From the IMG/VR virus record IMGVR_UViG_3300022867_000039, positions 1-33,591 of that record: a stretch of DNA of 33,591 bases. One strand, written 5' to 3'. The position numbers and the translations under genes are program-made. Positions within the stretch are counted from its first letter, which is position 1. Every line of letters begins with the position of its first letter. Shown in pieces: positions 1 to 8,755 of this stretch. This DNA is from a virus. Its lineage: Duplodnaviria > Caudoviricetes. Below the pieces are notes generated by a model. It made no database searches, was not told the DNA's origin, and saw nothing but the letters and a program-made list of their open reading frames with translations.

Positions 1-380
1 CCAACTCCAGTAGTATCAGTTGCCACTACACCTAAATTAGATACTAAGTTTGTCATTGAAAGACTACCTCCAGTAGAACCATAACCAAAGATAGCTTTAT
101 CTCCACCATAACCAGCAGCTGCTAAAGCATATCTAGCAGTTCCAACTCCAGTAGTATCAGTTGCCACTACACCTAAATTAGATACTAAATTAGTCATTGA
201 AACATTACTTCCAGTAGAACCATAACCAAAGATTGCCTTATCTCCACCATAACCAGCAGCTGCTAAAGCATGTCTTGCTGTACCAACTCCAGTAGTATCA
301 GTTGCCACTACACCTAAATTAGATACTAAGTTTGTCATTGAAAGAAAACCTCCATTAGAACCATAACCAAAGATAGCTTT
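1..380 (-). repeat. 141-bp (47-aa) tandem repeat, ~2.7 copies, Kelch-like beta-propeller blades
   Basis: CCAACTCCAGTAGTATCAGTTGCCACTACACCTAAATTAGATACTAA starts at 1, 142 and 283. The unit encodes KAIFGYGSxGxxxSMTNLVSNLGVVATDTTGVGTARxALAAAGYGGD. Confidence 0.9.
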
Positions 381-2531
381 TTGAGTAGGTGGTTCGACAG
401 GTGCTTCTGCTACATCATCATCATCTAAAGGAATCCAACCATTGGTAGCACCTGAATAAACTATATTAATTGTTTGACCATTTATTCTATATTCAACATT
501 AAATGTATCATCTTCACCTTGATAATTTAAACCATTAGAATCTATTATAATTTTATTAGTTCCCCAAGTTCTTGCGTAGTCTGCAAGTATAATTTGGTCG
601 CCATTAGAAGCTGAACTAGGTAAAGTTATAGTACAAGTATTAGAAGTAGTATCTATCCAGTAAGCATTACCAGCAACCGCTGTAAGAGTTGAAGCTGTTA
701 TAATTGTTTGCCAATCTATTCCACCACTAGCAGAGTCAGACCAAGATATATCTGTACCATCAGATGTTAATACTTGAGTAGCAGTACCTTTAGTTAAAAC
801 TGTTGTAGCTGCACTAGCATTACCATAAATAATACTTCCTCTACTTAATGCGTCTAATTTATTTAATTCTGTTGCAGTAGAAGTTACTACTACATCTTCA
901 TTTATTTTTGGTGAAGTTAAAGTTTTGTTTGTAAGTGTATCTGTGCTTGTTCTAGCAACTAATGTATCTGCTCCAGATGGTATAGTAACAGTTCCAGTAT
1001 TTGATATAGAAGTAATTATTGGAGTTGTTAAAGTTTTATTTGTTAAGGTTTGTGCTGTTGTTTTATCTACAGTTGTTCCTGTATCAATTGCTATTGTGCC
1101 AGAACTTGTAATTGCACCACCAGATAAACCAGTACCAGCAGTGATAGAAGTAACTGTTCCAACATTTTGTGGAGTAATTGTTGTATAAGTAATACTTGTA
1201 GATCCTAATGTTGCATCAGTATTTGTTGTGCATAAAAATATTTTATCATCATTGACTGAACCTTGATTAACTACAACCATACCACCTGATAGTTCTGCAA
1301 TAGTATCATGTTCAGGATCTCTTGATGCTGCACCACTTGATACTGCAAGATATAAACCATTTTCTGTAGCAGTAGATTGATTTTTTAAAAGAACTCTATC
1401 TCCAGAAACAAGTGTAACACCATCAATAACATCTCCAGCTTCAAGAGCTGATGAAATAACTACATTGGCAGTTGAAGCACACTCTGCAATAATTCTAGTT
1501 CTTAATCCAGCAACTGCATTATCAACATAAGTTGTTGCTGCCTTAGCATCTATTTGTGTTTGAGCATTAGAGCTTAAAGTATTAATATATTGAAATTCTG
1601 AACTTGTTACAGTTCCATCTGCAATTTTAGTTGCATCTATTGCTGCACTAGAATTAATATCTGCATCAACAATTGAATCATTTGCTATTTTTACAGAAGT
1701 AATTTGAGAATCAGCTATGTGAGCTGTATCTATTGAACCATCTACATACTGGTCAGAGTCAATAGAATTAACTGCCATTTTAGCGACTGTAATTTGTAAG
1801 TCTGCAATATGAGCTGTGTCAATTGAGCCATCTACATAATGTTCACTATCAATTTGATCATCACCTATTTTAGCACTTGTTATAGCGTCAGCATTTATTT
1901 TAGCTGTAGTTACAGCATCAGTTCCAATTTTATCTGCTGTTATTTGTGCAGATGCAATATGAGCTGTATCTATACTACCATCAACATATTGATCTGAATC
2001 TACAGAATTAACTGCCATCTTAGCAACTGTAACTGCATCATCTGCAAGTTTAGCAGTTGTAACTGATCCATCTACTAATTGAGTTGTTCCAATAACTTCA
2101 CCAGGAATAGATGTGTTTGTTTTTGATAAAGCTGCAATATAAATATTTGTAATAGCTTCACTTGATAATGAACCACTATCCCAAGTTACATTTATAGTAG
2201 TGTTTGTAAAAAAAGTTGAACTAGAAATAGTTCCATAAATTGTTCCTGGAGTAGAAGCTGTTAATTTAATTCTTCTTCCAGTATGATAAATTGCTGTAAC
2301 ATTAACACCAGCAATTGTAAATGAAGTTCCACTTGCATAAGCTGCTGTAAAAGCTGCATCACCATCTCCGTACTCAACCCATTGACTATCATTATACCAT
2401 TCTCTAGTATTCTTCATCAATGCTCTTATTGCATTATTCAGATTAGAAGGTAACATTCCCTCAGCTGTACTTATACCATTTAAATCTATGTTGTTAGCTT
2501 GGGTTGTTGAGTAATCTTTTATTCCTGCCAT
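1..2531 (-). CDS. Tail fibre / receptor-binding protein, running off the left window edge (absent from the ORF track)
   Basis: Hand translation from ATG at 2531 (RBS TAGGAGA) is open to position 1: MAGIKDYSTTQANNIDLNG..., internal (S/A)(V/I)TxAKI/VDGSIDTAHIA repeats, TLTNKTLT motifs, C-terminal 47-aa repeats. Lies downstream of tail structural genes. Confidence 0.85.
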   Translation of the reverse strand, partial: MAGIKDYSTTQANNIDLNGISTAEGMLPSNLNNAIRALMKNTREWYNDSQWVEYGDGDAAFTAAYASGTSFTIAGVNVTAIYHTGRRIKLTASTPGTIYGTISSSTFFTNTTINVTWDSGSLSSEAITNIYIAALSKTNTSIPGEVIGTTQLVDGSVTTAKLADDAVTVAKMAVNSVDSDQYVDGSIDTAHIASAQITADKIGTDAVTTAKINADAITSAKIGDDQIDSEHYVDGSIDTAHIADLQITVAKMAVNSIDSDQYVDGSIDTAHIADSQITSVKIANDSIVDADINSSAAIDATKIADGTVTSSEFQYINTLSSNAQTQIDAKAATTYVDNAVAGLRTRIIAECASTANVVISSALEAGDVIDGVTLVSGDRVLLKNQSTATENGLYLAVSSGAASRDPEHDTIAELSGGMVVVNQGSVNDDKIFLCTTNTDATLGSTSITYTTITPQNVGTVTSITAGTGLSGGAITSSGTIAIDTGTTVDKTTAQTLTNKTLTTPIITSISNTGTVTIPSGADTLVARTSTDTLTNKTLTSPKINEDVVVTSTATELNKLDALSRGSIIYGNASAATTVLTKGTATQVLTSDGTDISWSDSASGGIDWQTIITASTLTAVAGNAYWIDTTSNTCTITLPSSASNGDQIILADYARTWGTNKIIIDSNGLNYQGEDDTFNVEYRINGQTINIVYSGATNGWIPLDDDDVAEAPVEPPTQKAIFGYGSNGGFLSMTNLVSNLGVVATDTTGVGTARHALAAAGYGGDKAIFGYGSTGSNVSMTNLVSNLGVVATDTTGVGTARYALAAAGYGGDKAIFGYGSTGGSLSMTNLVSNLGVVATDTTGV
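1700..2060 (-). repeat. Internal tail-fibre shaft repeats (DS[D/E][Q/H]YVDGSIDTAHIA x3)
   Basis: Three near-identical peptide blocks in the hand translation, embedded in 10-residue xxTxAKIxxx periodicity. Confidence 0.75.
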
Positions 2532-2534
2532 AAT

Positions 2535-2684
2535 TTAATCTCCTAAAAACCAAGCATAAGCTTTATTATTTTCTTGATTTTTTTCGTTTATTAATGCGTT
2601 AATTGCTTCTTCAATTTGTCTTTGAAAAAATTCTTGTGTTTCAAAACTATATCTTACGTTATCTATATCACTTTTATCTGTCAT
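2535..2684 (-). CDS. Small tail-associated hypothetical protein (49 aa)
   Basis: Probable true start MTDKSDID at 2684, overlapping the stop of the 603-aa gene (ATGA). The ORF-track start at 2735 is probably too far upstream. Confidence 0.65.
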   Translation of the reverse strand: MTDKSDIDNVRYSFETQEFFQRQIEEAINALINEKNQENNKAYAWFLGD

Positions 2685-4492
2685 CTCAAACCTGATTTTG
2701 ATGCAATTAAATCTATTCCTTGAGCATCCTTCCAAGCTCCACCACTTGGTATTTTAACATTTACTTTAACGTATCTGCCAGATTGTCGTACTGGATTAAC
2801 ACCTGTAGAGTTCATACTTGAAGTAGTTGATTCAGTAACTGCATCTGTAAGTCTATCTCTTGTCTTAATAGTTACTGTCGCTGCAGCATCTACAATTGGT
2901 CTTACACTTATTATAGACGATCTTAATCCAGGAAACAACTCTAATTCTGTAGTTTCTATTTCTCCAACATTTTCTGTTCCTGAAAAAATAGCAGCTTTAT
3001 AATCACTATCTATACCACCTAGTAATAATTGTCCACCACTCCAAAAATCTGTGTCTAAAGAAATATTAATATTATCTAAATTTTCAGAAATAATATCCAT
3101 TAACTCAACTGTATAAGCTCCAACAAATTGAGAAAATATTGTACTAGCATTAGCATTAGCAGATGACCATTTCTCAGTAGCATAATTATAAATTAAAACT
3201 TTATCACAAATTCCAGTAGTATTTGCTGTGTCAGAAGATGAAGGGTAAAGCCAAATTGCTAATTGATTAAAAGGATCTACAGCAGCACAAATTCTATCTG
3301 AATATGCTTTGTTTAAATTAATATCAAAAAATCTATTTACTTTTTCTGCACCAATAGCTTTTACTGTATCTCCATTAATTTCAAAAAATCCATCATCAGC
3401 ATAAAAAAATACTCTACGATTATCTTGACAAACTGTTCTTCCATAAACAGCTCCTCTATTTGGTGAGATCATTGACAATCTAAATACAGTTGAACCACCA
3501 ACATAATCCATTCTAATTATAGAATTTTGTCTGAATACATAACTAATTTCTCCAGATGTTATATGAGTAATTTGTCCACCAGAACCAGGAAGTTGTTGAC
3601 TATCTGATTGTTTAGTTCCTGCTTCCCAAGTTGCTAAATCATTAATTCCAGACCATTGTATTTTATTTGAAGCTGTTAAATCATTTCCAGTTACTAAAAA
3701 ATCTCTTACTACTCCTGAAACTTTAAATATTGGAACTGTACCTGATGTTGCAATGTTAGATAGATTTGCAAAAACAGTTGACGTACCCATTAAATAATAT
3801 TGAGGTGCATCTACACCATTACTTGCAATTACATAATTTCCAAATTGAGTAAAAGTTATATAATCTGTTGAAGCTCCTGTTAAAGGTGTTCCACCAATAA
3901 AATTTGTTGTTGTTAATCTTACAGTATCTGTTGAAACATTGGTTAAATTTTCTCTACCAATAGTTGCTCTTGTTACTGTAACAACTGCATCCGTAACTGT
4001 TGCTGTAAAATCGGCATGAGCATGAATAGCAGTTTGTAAATTTGTTGCTGTAGTATTATTATTTGTTTGTACTTGAAATTCATTTGTAGATGGAGAACTA
4101 GACGTTGAAGTAAATACAATAGTTGAAGCATCATTTTTAGTTAAAGTAATAGTTTTTCCATCAGCTATATTTCCATAATCAGAAACTGTAATTGTACATG
4201 AAGCTTTAGCAGTAGATAATAATAATCCACTAGCACCTAACTCATTAAATGCTCCTCCAGTTAAAGTATAGAGAGTATCTTGTGTTGCTACAAAATTAAA
4301 AACGGTATTAGAATTATCTCTAAAAGAACCAGCTCCTCTTGAATCTTTTGGTAGAGCATTAGTAGAATAATTAACTAGAGAGGGAAATCTTTTATAAGAA
4401 TTTAAAGCATAGTAAACATTGTTAGCTACATTAGCACCAGGATTATTATGTTCTGGTTGATCTGGTAGCCATTCGCCAAAGGGTACTTGCAT
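2681..4492 (-). CDS. Tail tubular protein B / nozzle-like structural protein
   Basis: 603 aa, beta-rich. N-terminal PFGEWLPDQP motif typical of podovirus tail stabilisation proteins; follows the adaptor gene. Confidence 0.7.
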   Translation of the reverse strand: MQVPFGEWLPDQPEHNNPGANVANNVYYALNSYKRFPSLVNYSTNALPKDSRGAGSFRDNSNTVFNFVATQDTLYTLTGGAFNELGASGLLLSTAKASCTITVSDYGNIADGKTITLTKNDASTIVFTSTSSSPSTNEFQVQTNNNTTATNLQTAIHAHADFTATVTDAVVTVTRATIGRENLTNVSTDTVRLTTTNFIGGTPLTGASTDYITFTQFGNYVIASNGVDAPQYYLMGTSTVFANLSNIATSGTVPIFKVSGVVRDFLVTGNDLTASNKIQWSGINDLATWEAGTKQSDSQQLPGSGGQITHITSGEISYVFRQNSIIRMDYVGGSTVFRLSMISPNRGAVYGRTVCQDNRRVFFYADDGFFEINGDTVKAIGAEKVNRFFDINLNKAYSDRICAAVDPFNQLAIWLYPSSSDTANTTGICDKVLIYNYATEKWSSANANASTIFSQFVGAYTVELMDIISENLDNINISLDTDFWSGGQLLLGGIDSDYKAAIFSGTENVGEIETTELELFPGLRSSIISVRPIVDAAATVTIKTRDRLTDAVTESTTSSMNSTGVNPVRQSGRYVKVNVKIPSGGAWKDAQGIDLIASKSGLR

Positions 4493-4500
4493 TAATATTC

Positions 4501-5178
4501 CTAAACGTTGTTGTTTGTAGAAAATCTACTTATATCATTAAATGAACCTGCTACACTTACATCTGATCTTTGTTGTAAAGGTGCATTACCATAAGAATCT
4601 TCTTTGTCATTTCTATCAAGTCTTTCCAAAGCCGTTTGATACATTTTTTCCCATTGTCCAGCTTGATTAGGCTCAATACCACCTAAGAAATTAGAAGCAT
4701 GATATAATGAACCATATAAATAAATAGCTGGGTGATTTGTTAAAATATAATTTGAAGTGTTTGTAACTGATAGTGGATCAAATTCTTTATAGTGATTTAT
4801 AATTCCTGAATATGAAGATGATGGTACTGGAGCAAATCTTAAATTATCTCCTAAGATTGTATAAGTAGAAGGCATACCAGTTGATGATGTTCCTTTAATC
4901 TGATCCATTTGAGATGGAGTAATATAATTTAAAGCATACTTAACTCCACCTTGTAAAATATAAAAATCTCTTACTTGTAAAAATCCTGTTGGTAAAGTTA
5001 CTAATTCAGAATCAACTGTAATTGAAGATTGAGTAATCATTTTTCTAACTCTTAATTTAGAATTAAAATCTTTTTCTGCTAAGACAATAAAGTCTTCCGC
5101 TATCTCTGTTGTTAGATCAGTTCTATTTAACCAATTTGCAAGTGATGTTTTTAAATCTGAGTAAGTTGCTAATGCCAT
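4501..5178 (-). CDS. Tail adaptor / tail tubular protein A-like
   Basis: 225 aa; MALATYSDLKTSLANWLNRTDL...SNYIL...YLYGSL pattern of phage head-tail adaptors; synteny. Confidence 0.7.
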   Translation of the reverse strand: MALATYSDLKTSLANWLNRTDLTTEIAEDFIVLAEKDFNSKLRVRKMITQSSITVDSELVTLPTGFLQVRDFYILQGGVKYALNYITPSQMDQIKGTSSTGMPSTYTILGDNLRFAPVPSSSYSGIINHYKEFDPLSVTNTSNYILTNHPAIYLYGSLYHASNFLGGIEPNQAGQWEKMYQTALERLDRNDKEDSYGNAPLQQRSDVSVAGSFNDISRFSTNNNV

Positions 5179-5510
5179 TATATATTACCTTCTGCTGTTT
5201 TAAAGTATTGAAACTCATTACTATTCAATTTTGTTTTTAATATTTTATTCTGTACTTCTGGTGGTAAACCAAACCAATTATTACTACCATTATACTCTTT
5301 TGCCCAGACACTTAAAGCAATAGTTGGAATACTAGCAACTCTTTTTAAATCTCTTGATTTAGAATAACCATCATTTAAATTTAGTAGTTTTTTATTATGA
5401 TCTAAGTGAGGAGTTATATCAACTTCTTCCTTAGTAATAATTTTACCTTCCATGTCATCTTGCATGTAAGTAGTTTTTTGTAATCCATCTAATACTGTAT
5501 CTTTTCTCAT
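5178..5510 (-). CDS. Hypothetical phage protein
   Basis: 110-aa ORF coupled to both neighbours in the structural operon. Confidence 0.7.
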   Translation of the reverse strand: MRKDTVLDGLQKTTYMQDDMEGKIITKEEVDITPHLDHNKKLLNLNDGYSKSRDLKRVASIPTIALSVWAKEYNGSNNWFGLPPEVQNKILKTKLNSNEFQYFKTAEGNI

Positions 5511-5641
5511 CTGCCTTGACCTTTATATCTATTCTGACTTTTTTGCCTACACTCAGATTTGTTCTGAGATTTCTTATGGCAACCTGGTCGTTTTTTATTC
5601 TGATCTCTTTTTACATAAAATGCAAAATTTTGTTTAGCCAT
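5507..5641 (-). CDS. Small basic peptide (44 aa)
   Basis: Hand translation MAKQNFAFYVKRDQNKKRPGCHKKSQNKSECRQKSQNRYKGQGR. It fills the gap exactly, with TAATG and ATGA overlaps. Confidence 0.7.
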   Translation of the reverse strand: MAKQNFAFYVKRDQNKKRPGCHKKSQNKSECRQKSQNRYKGQGR

Positions 5642-5925
5642 TAGCCAGACATTTCAGTAATAGAAATTTCAGCAGTACCAATAAAAGCTACTTTTTCACC
5701 TGGTGAAACTTTAAAAATTTCAGGTTGGTCAGCAGGTATAAAGATAGTTGATGAATCAGCAGTTGCAACAGCAGTTGGGTTTGCACCGAATAAAATATAA
5801 ACATCAGCAGTTGCTGCTATTCTTACATATTCAGTTTGTGTTCCAAAAGCACTAGATTGAGCAGATGTTCCATCACTTGTTTTACCTTGATGTGTTATAG
5901 GTCTTAGTCCGTAATTAAAACTCAT
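5641..5925 (-). CDS. Virion structural protein (putative decoration)
   Basis: 94 aa, GGAGA RBS, beta-rich, downstream of the capsid gene. Confidence 0.6.
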   Translation of the reverse strand: MSFNYGLRPITHQGKTSDGTSAQSSAFGTQTEYVRIAATADVYILFGANPTAVATADSSTIFIPADQPEIFKVSPGEKVAFIGTAEISITEMSG

Positions 5926-5948
5926 TTTATTTCTCCATTAGTTAGTAA

Positions 5949-5978
5949 GGGGGAAGTACCGCTAGGTAAGATCCCCCA
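5949..5978 (-). terminator. GC-rich hairpin (terminator or processing/stability stem)
   Basis: Minus strand GGGGGA-TCTTACCTAGCGGTACT-TCCCCC right after the 113-aa gene; the U-tract is poor. Confidence 0.45.
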
Positions 5979-5995
5979 AATATTGTTATATCTTA

Positions 5996-6337
5996 TTATC
6001 TTCTAATAACAAAAGTTATTTCCATTTTAGAAGCGTTTGTAGATCCACCGTTAGTAATACATTCAAGTGCTGAACCTTCATTTACATTATTTAATGCTGT
6101 AGGTTCTACTTCATATTGTTTTCCAGCTGAAGCTGTTGCAATATGACTTATTGCACCAGAAGTACAAGCTACACCGTCTATTTCAAAAGTAACAGCTGCA
6201 GTTCCAGTAGTGGTTGCTTTGTTGTGAGCAAATATTTTAACTATTCTACCAGCGTCTGGTATAACTACAAAAGTAGATGATGCAGTTGATACGTCAGGTA
6301 TTGCTGATGTTAAAAAGTAATCGTTTAATGTTCTCAT
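5996..6337 (-). CDS. Virion structural protein (putative head decoration)
   Basis: 113 aa, GGAGA RBS, immediately after the major capsid gene. Confidence 0.6.
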   Translation of the reverse strand: MRTLNDYFLTSAIPDVSTASSTFVVIPDAGRIVKIFAHNKATTTGTAAVTFEIDGVACTSGAISHIATASAGKQYEVEPTALNNVNEGSALECITNGGSTNASKMEITFVIRR

Positions 6338-6403
6338 TGTGTTTTCTCCATTTGTTGTTCCATCTATAACCTTATTAAGATTTCAACGTTTTGTTTAATT
6401 GAC

Positions 6404-6432
6404 TGGGGTGCATTTTTTTAGGTTACACCCCA
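6404..6432 (-). terminator. Hairpin downstream of the major capsid gene
   Basis: Minus strand GGGGTGTA-ACCTAAAAAAA-TGCACCCC. Typical position for a partial terminator or stabilising stem. Confidence 0.55.
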
Positions 6433-6446
6433 AGCAAATTTATTTA

Positions 6447-7397
6447 TTATGAAGTAGTTAAATCTGTGATTAAACCACTTGCTTTTTCATTTCTTGACTC
6501 AAGAGTGTATTCAGCAACCATAAATCTCTGATCTGCATCAGCGTCTTGTGCAGGAGTTTGTAGTGAGAAGTCTCTTAAGAAAGAACAAGCCCAGTATTCC
6601 ATATCTAAAATAAGTGCATCTTGACCTATTTTAGCAGAAGTAGCATTAGCACCTCTTATGAATCTATTAGGAGATACTTGCATAGTTCCAAAATCTGACT
6701 CATATACATCAATAGAAGTAATTAATCTTCTATCTTCTGCAGCGTCAAATCTAGTAGAACCACCAGTAAATCCAGATAGTTTTTGTTTGTTAAAAGCATT
6801 AACCATAATCATGTTAGGGTTTCCGCCTTCATTGTAACAAGATACTAGAACACCTTTTAATTGTGCTTCAGTAAATGCTCTTTGAGTACCATCTGTTCTG
6901 ATTGCACCATTACCAGCACCTGAACCACCTGCACCAGCGTCAACATTAGTTTCAAACCAAGTTTGAGCTCCTCCAAGTTTTCTAGCTGTAGTAGCATCAC
7001 CTGCTGCTTTAGCAATATTAGTTAAAAGAGCTACTTCCATATCTCTTTTTAACTCTTTAGCACTTTTTGCAACTTGGTAAGCTAACTCATTGTTTCTTCC
7101 AGCAGAAGTTACAGAATCTTGCGTTCCTGAAACTTTAATTCCTTTAGTAGAAATTTGAGTGTAGTTAGTTTCTTTAACTGATGGTGTTAGAGTTGCATAA
7201 CTTATACTAGCTCCTTCAATAGCAGCATTTGCCGCAACCGCAGCTAGTGCGTCAGTTTGCCATTCATGTAGTGTGTTTGTTGCTTTTGTTTTCGCAATTC
7301 CAGACATAAAAGGAGTTTCAGTTGGACTGATCGAATATATAATATCCGATAGGTCTTCTCTGTTTCCTATAGCTTGGTATGTTTGATATGTAGCCAT
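6447..7397 (-). CDS. Major capsid protein (DUF5309/SU10-like family)
   Basis: 316 aa; GNREDLSDII...ISPTETPF...HEWQTD...YESDFG signature; follows the scaffold gene. Confidence 0.9.
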   Translation of the reverse strand: MATYQTYQAIGNREDLSDIIYSISPTETPFMSGIAKTKATNTLHEWQTDALAAVAANAAIEGASISYATLTPSVKETNYTQISTKGIKVSGTQDSVTSAGRNNELAYQVAKSAKELKRDMEVALLTNIAKAAGDATTARKLGGAQTWFETNVDAGAGGSGAGNGAIRTDGTQRAFTEAQLKGVLVSCYNEGGNPNMIMVNAFNKQKLSGFTGGSTRFDAAEDRRLITSIDVYESDFGTMQVSPNRFIRGANATSAKIGQDALILDMEYWACSFLRDFSLQTPAQDADADQRFMVAEYTLESRNEKASGLITDLTTS

Positions 7398-7422
7398 TTT
7401 ATTTTCTCCGTTAGGTTATTGT

Positions 7423-8403
7423 TTATAGATAACGCATCAATAAATCGGTAGCATCTTTTGTGCTTCCTGATTTCTTCAACGTCTTAATCTGATTCAACCT
7501 AGTTTGGCTATTTATATCTTCTTTAGTAGTTTTAACGCCTGACCTAACAAATTTAGATGGTTTAACTTTTTTACTTACTAAATTAGTTTTAACTGCATTA
7601 GCTTTCATTCCATCCATAATTACATCAAAATATCTTGAATCATAAATCCTAGAAACATCCTCATTTGAGAATCCTTTAGAACTTAGGTAGTTCATAATAT
7701 TTGACTTAACTGCATTACCCTTCATAGGATCAGCAAGTACAGGATGTTTTAAGTGAAGTTTTTTTTGTTCACCTTTTAACACTTCCTGAAATTGAGCATT
7801 TTGATGTTCTCTCAATCTTTGCTGTGCTTGTTGAATCGTTTGTTTTCTTTTAGTCATCTTACGATCAACTCTAGCAGCTTCAGTTGGATCTTCATCCCAA
7901 AGAGCATCAAGCTCCTTAGAATTCATATCATTGTTAATCTCAGCATTTAAAGTAACTACTAATGAATTTAAATCATCCATTTTAGTTGAATACTGATTCT
8001 TCAAACGATCTTCCTCAGATTTAAGCTCTCTTTTTTCGATTGCTATTTCTTCAGTTTTTCGTCTGTAGTCGGCATCCTTTTGATAACCTGCTTTTAATTC
8101 ATCAAGGTCAACATCAATCTTTTCACCATTAACTGTAACCTGGTGTAGATCGGTTGCTTTTTCTTCAATTGCATTTTCATCTTCTGATGCTTGTTCTTCT
8201 TCATCAACTTCTTGAGTTTCATCAAGTTGAGCTTCTGGTTTTTGTTCAACCTCAGATTCTACTTCTGTAGTTTCTTCTGGTTCAACTGGTGCTGCTTCTT
8301 TTGTAGATTTGTTGATAACTCCATTAGAGTCCATCAAACCTTCAATAGTTTTAGCTGCACCTTGTACTGACTCATTGTTCAGTAAAGGGTTTCCTTCAGA
8401 CAT
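7423..8403 (-). CDS. Capsid scaffolding protein
   Basis: Acidic N-terminus, VxVNGE...V.LDELKAGYQKDADYRRKT motif, coiled coil; lies between portal and capsid genes. Confidence 0.85.
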   Translation of the reverse strand: MSEGNPLLNNESVQGAAKTIEGLMDSNGVINKSTKEAAPVEPEETTEVESEVEQKPEAQLDETQEVDEEEQASEDENAIEEKATDLHQVTVNGEKIDVDLDELKAGYQKDADYRRKTEEIAIEKRELKSEEDRLKNQYSTKMDDLNSLVVTLNAEINNDMNSKELDALWDEDPTEAARVDRKMTKRKQTIQQAQQRLREHQNAQFQEVLKGEQKKLHLKHPVLADPMKGNAVKSNIMNYLSSKGFSNEDVSRIYDSRYFDVIMDGMKANAVKTNLVSKKVKPSKFVRSGVKTTKEDINSQTRLNQIKTLKKSGSTKDATDLLMRYL

Positions 8404-8419
8404 ATAGTCTTCTCCTAGT

Positions 8420-8442
8420 TAAGCTGTCTTTCGACTTGGCTT
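8420..8442 (-). promoter_or_regulatory. Hairpin with GAAA tetraloop just upstream of the scaffold RBS
   Basis: Minus strand AAGC-CAA-GTC-GAAA-GAC-A-GCTT followed by AACTAGGAGA. Confidence 0.4.
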
Positions 8443-8458
8443 ATTCTAACCTTAATGG

Positions 8459-8755
8459 TTAAAATTTTGTGTTATTCTGTTGTTGTCTGAAATCTTCTAA
8501 CTGTTTCGAAGCTAGTTTTCCAGTCTCAACTATTGTATGTAAGTGTTGCTCAACTTTACCTACAACATTATAAGCGATCCAAAGTTTTTCTCTAGTATCA
8601 CTTTCATCAGCACCTGTTTTTAAAAGTAGTGCTTCAGAATAAATTTTTTTAAGAGTTTCTATACTCTCTTGAAAAAGTTTACTCCCCAATATTTGTTTCG
8701 CTTCGTTCGATCGGCTCACTTCCACCGCTCTGTCCGTCTGGTCTTTCGTTTCCAT
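8459..8755 (-). CDS. Conserved hypothetical protein following the portal gene
   Basis: 98 aa helical ORF overlapping the portal 3' end. Confidence 0.7.
   Translation of the reverse strand: METKDQTDRAVEVSRSNEAKQILGSKLFQESIETLKKIYSEALLLKTGADESDTREKLWIAYNVVGKVEQHLHTIVETGKLASKQLEDFRQQQNNTKF

Noticed and set aside
1-380. CRISPR array or DGR template/variable repeat
   Set aside because: The repeats are in-frame coding units with no unique spacers, differences are not adenine-specific, and no reverse transcriptase or cas gene is present.
925-1188. 87-aa plus-strand ORF
   Set aside because: Antisense shadow of the tail fibre gene; Val-rich mirror of Thr codons.
6329-6345. Third LexA box (GTTC-N7-GTTT)
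   Set aside because: One mismatch, and partly explained by the first codons of the 113-aa gene.
6440-6449. Capsid read-through or frameshift extension
   Set aside because: Tandem TAA TAA stops and no slippery site seen.
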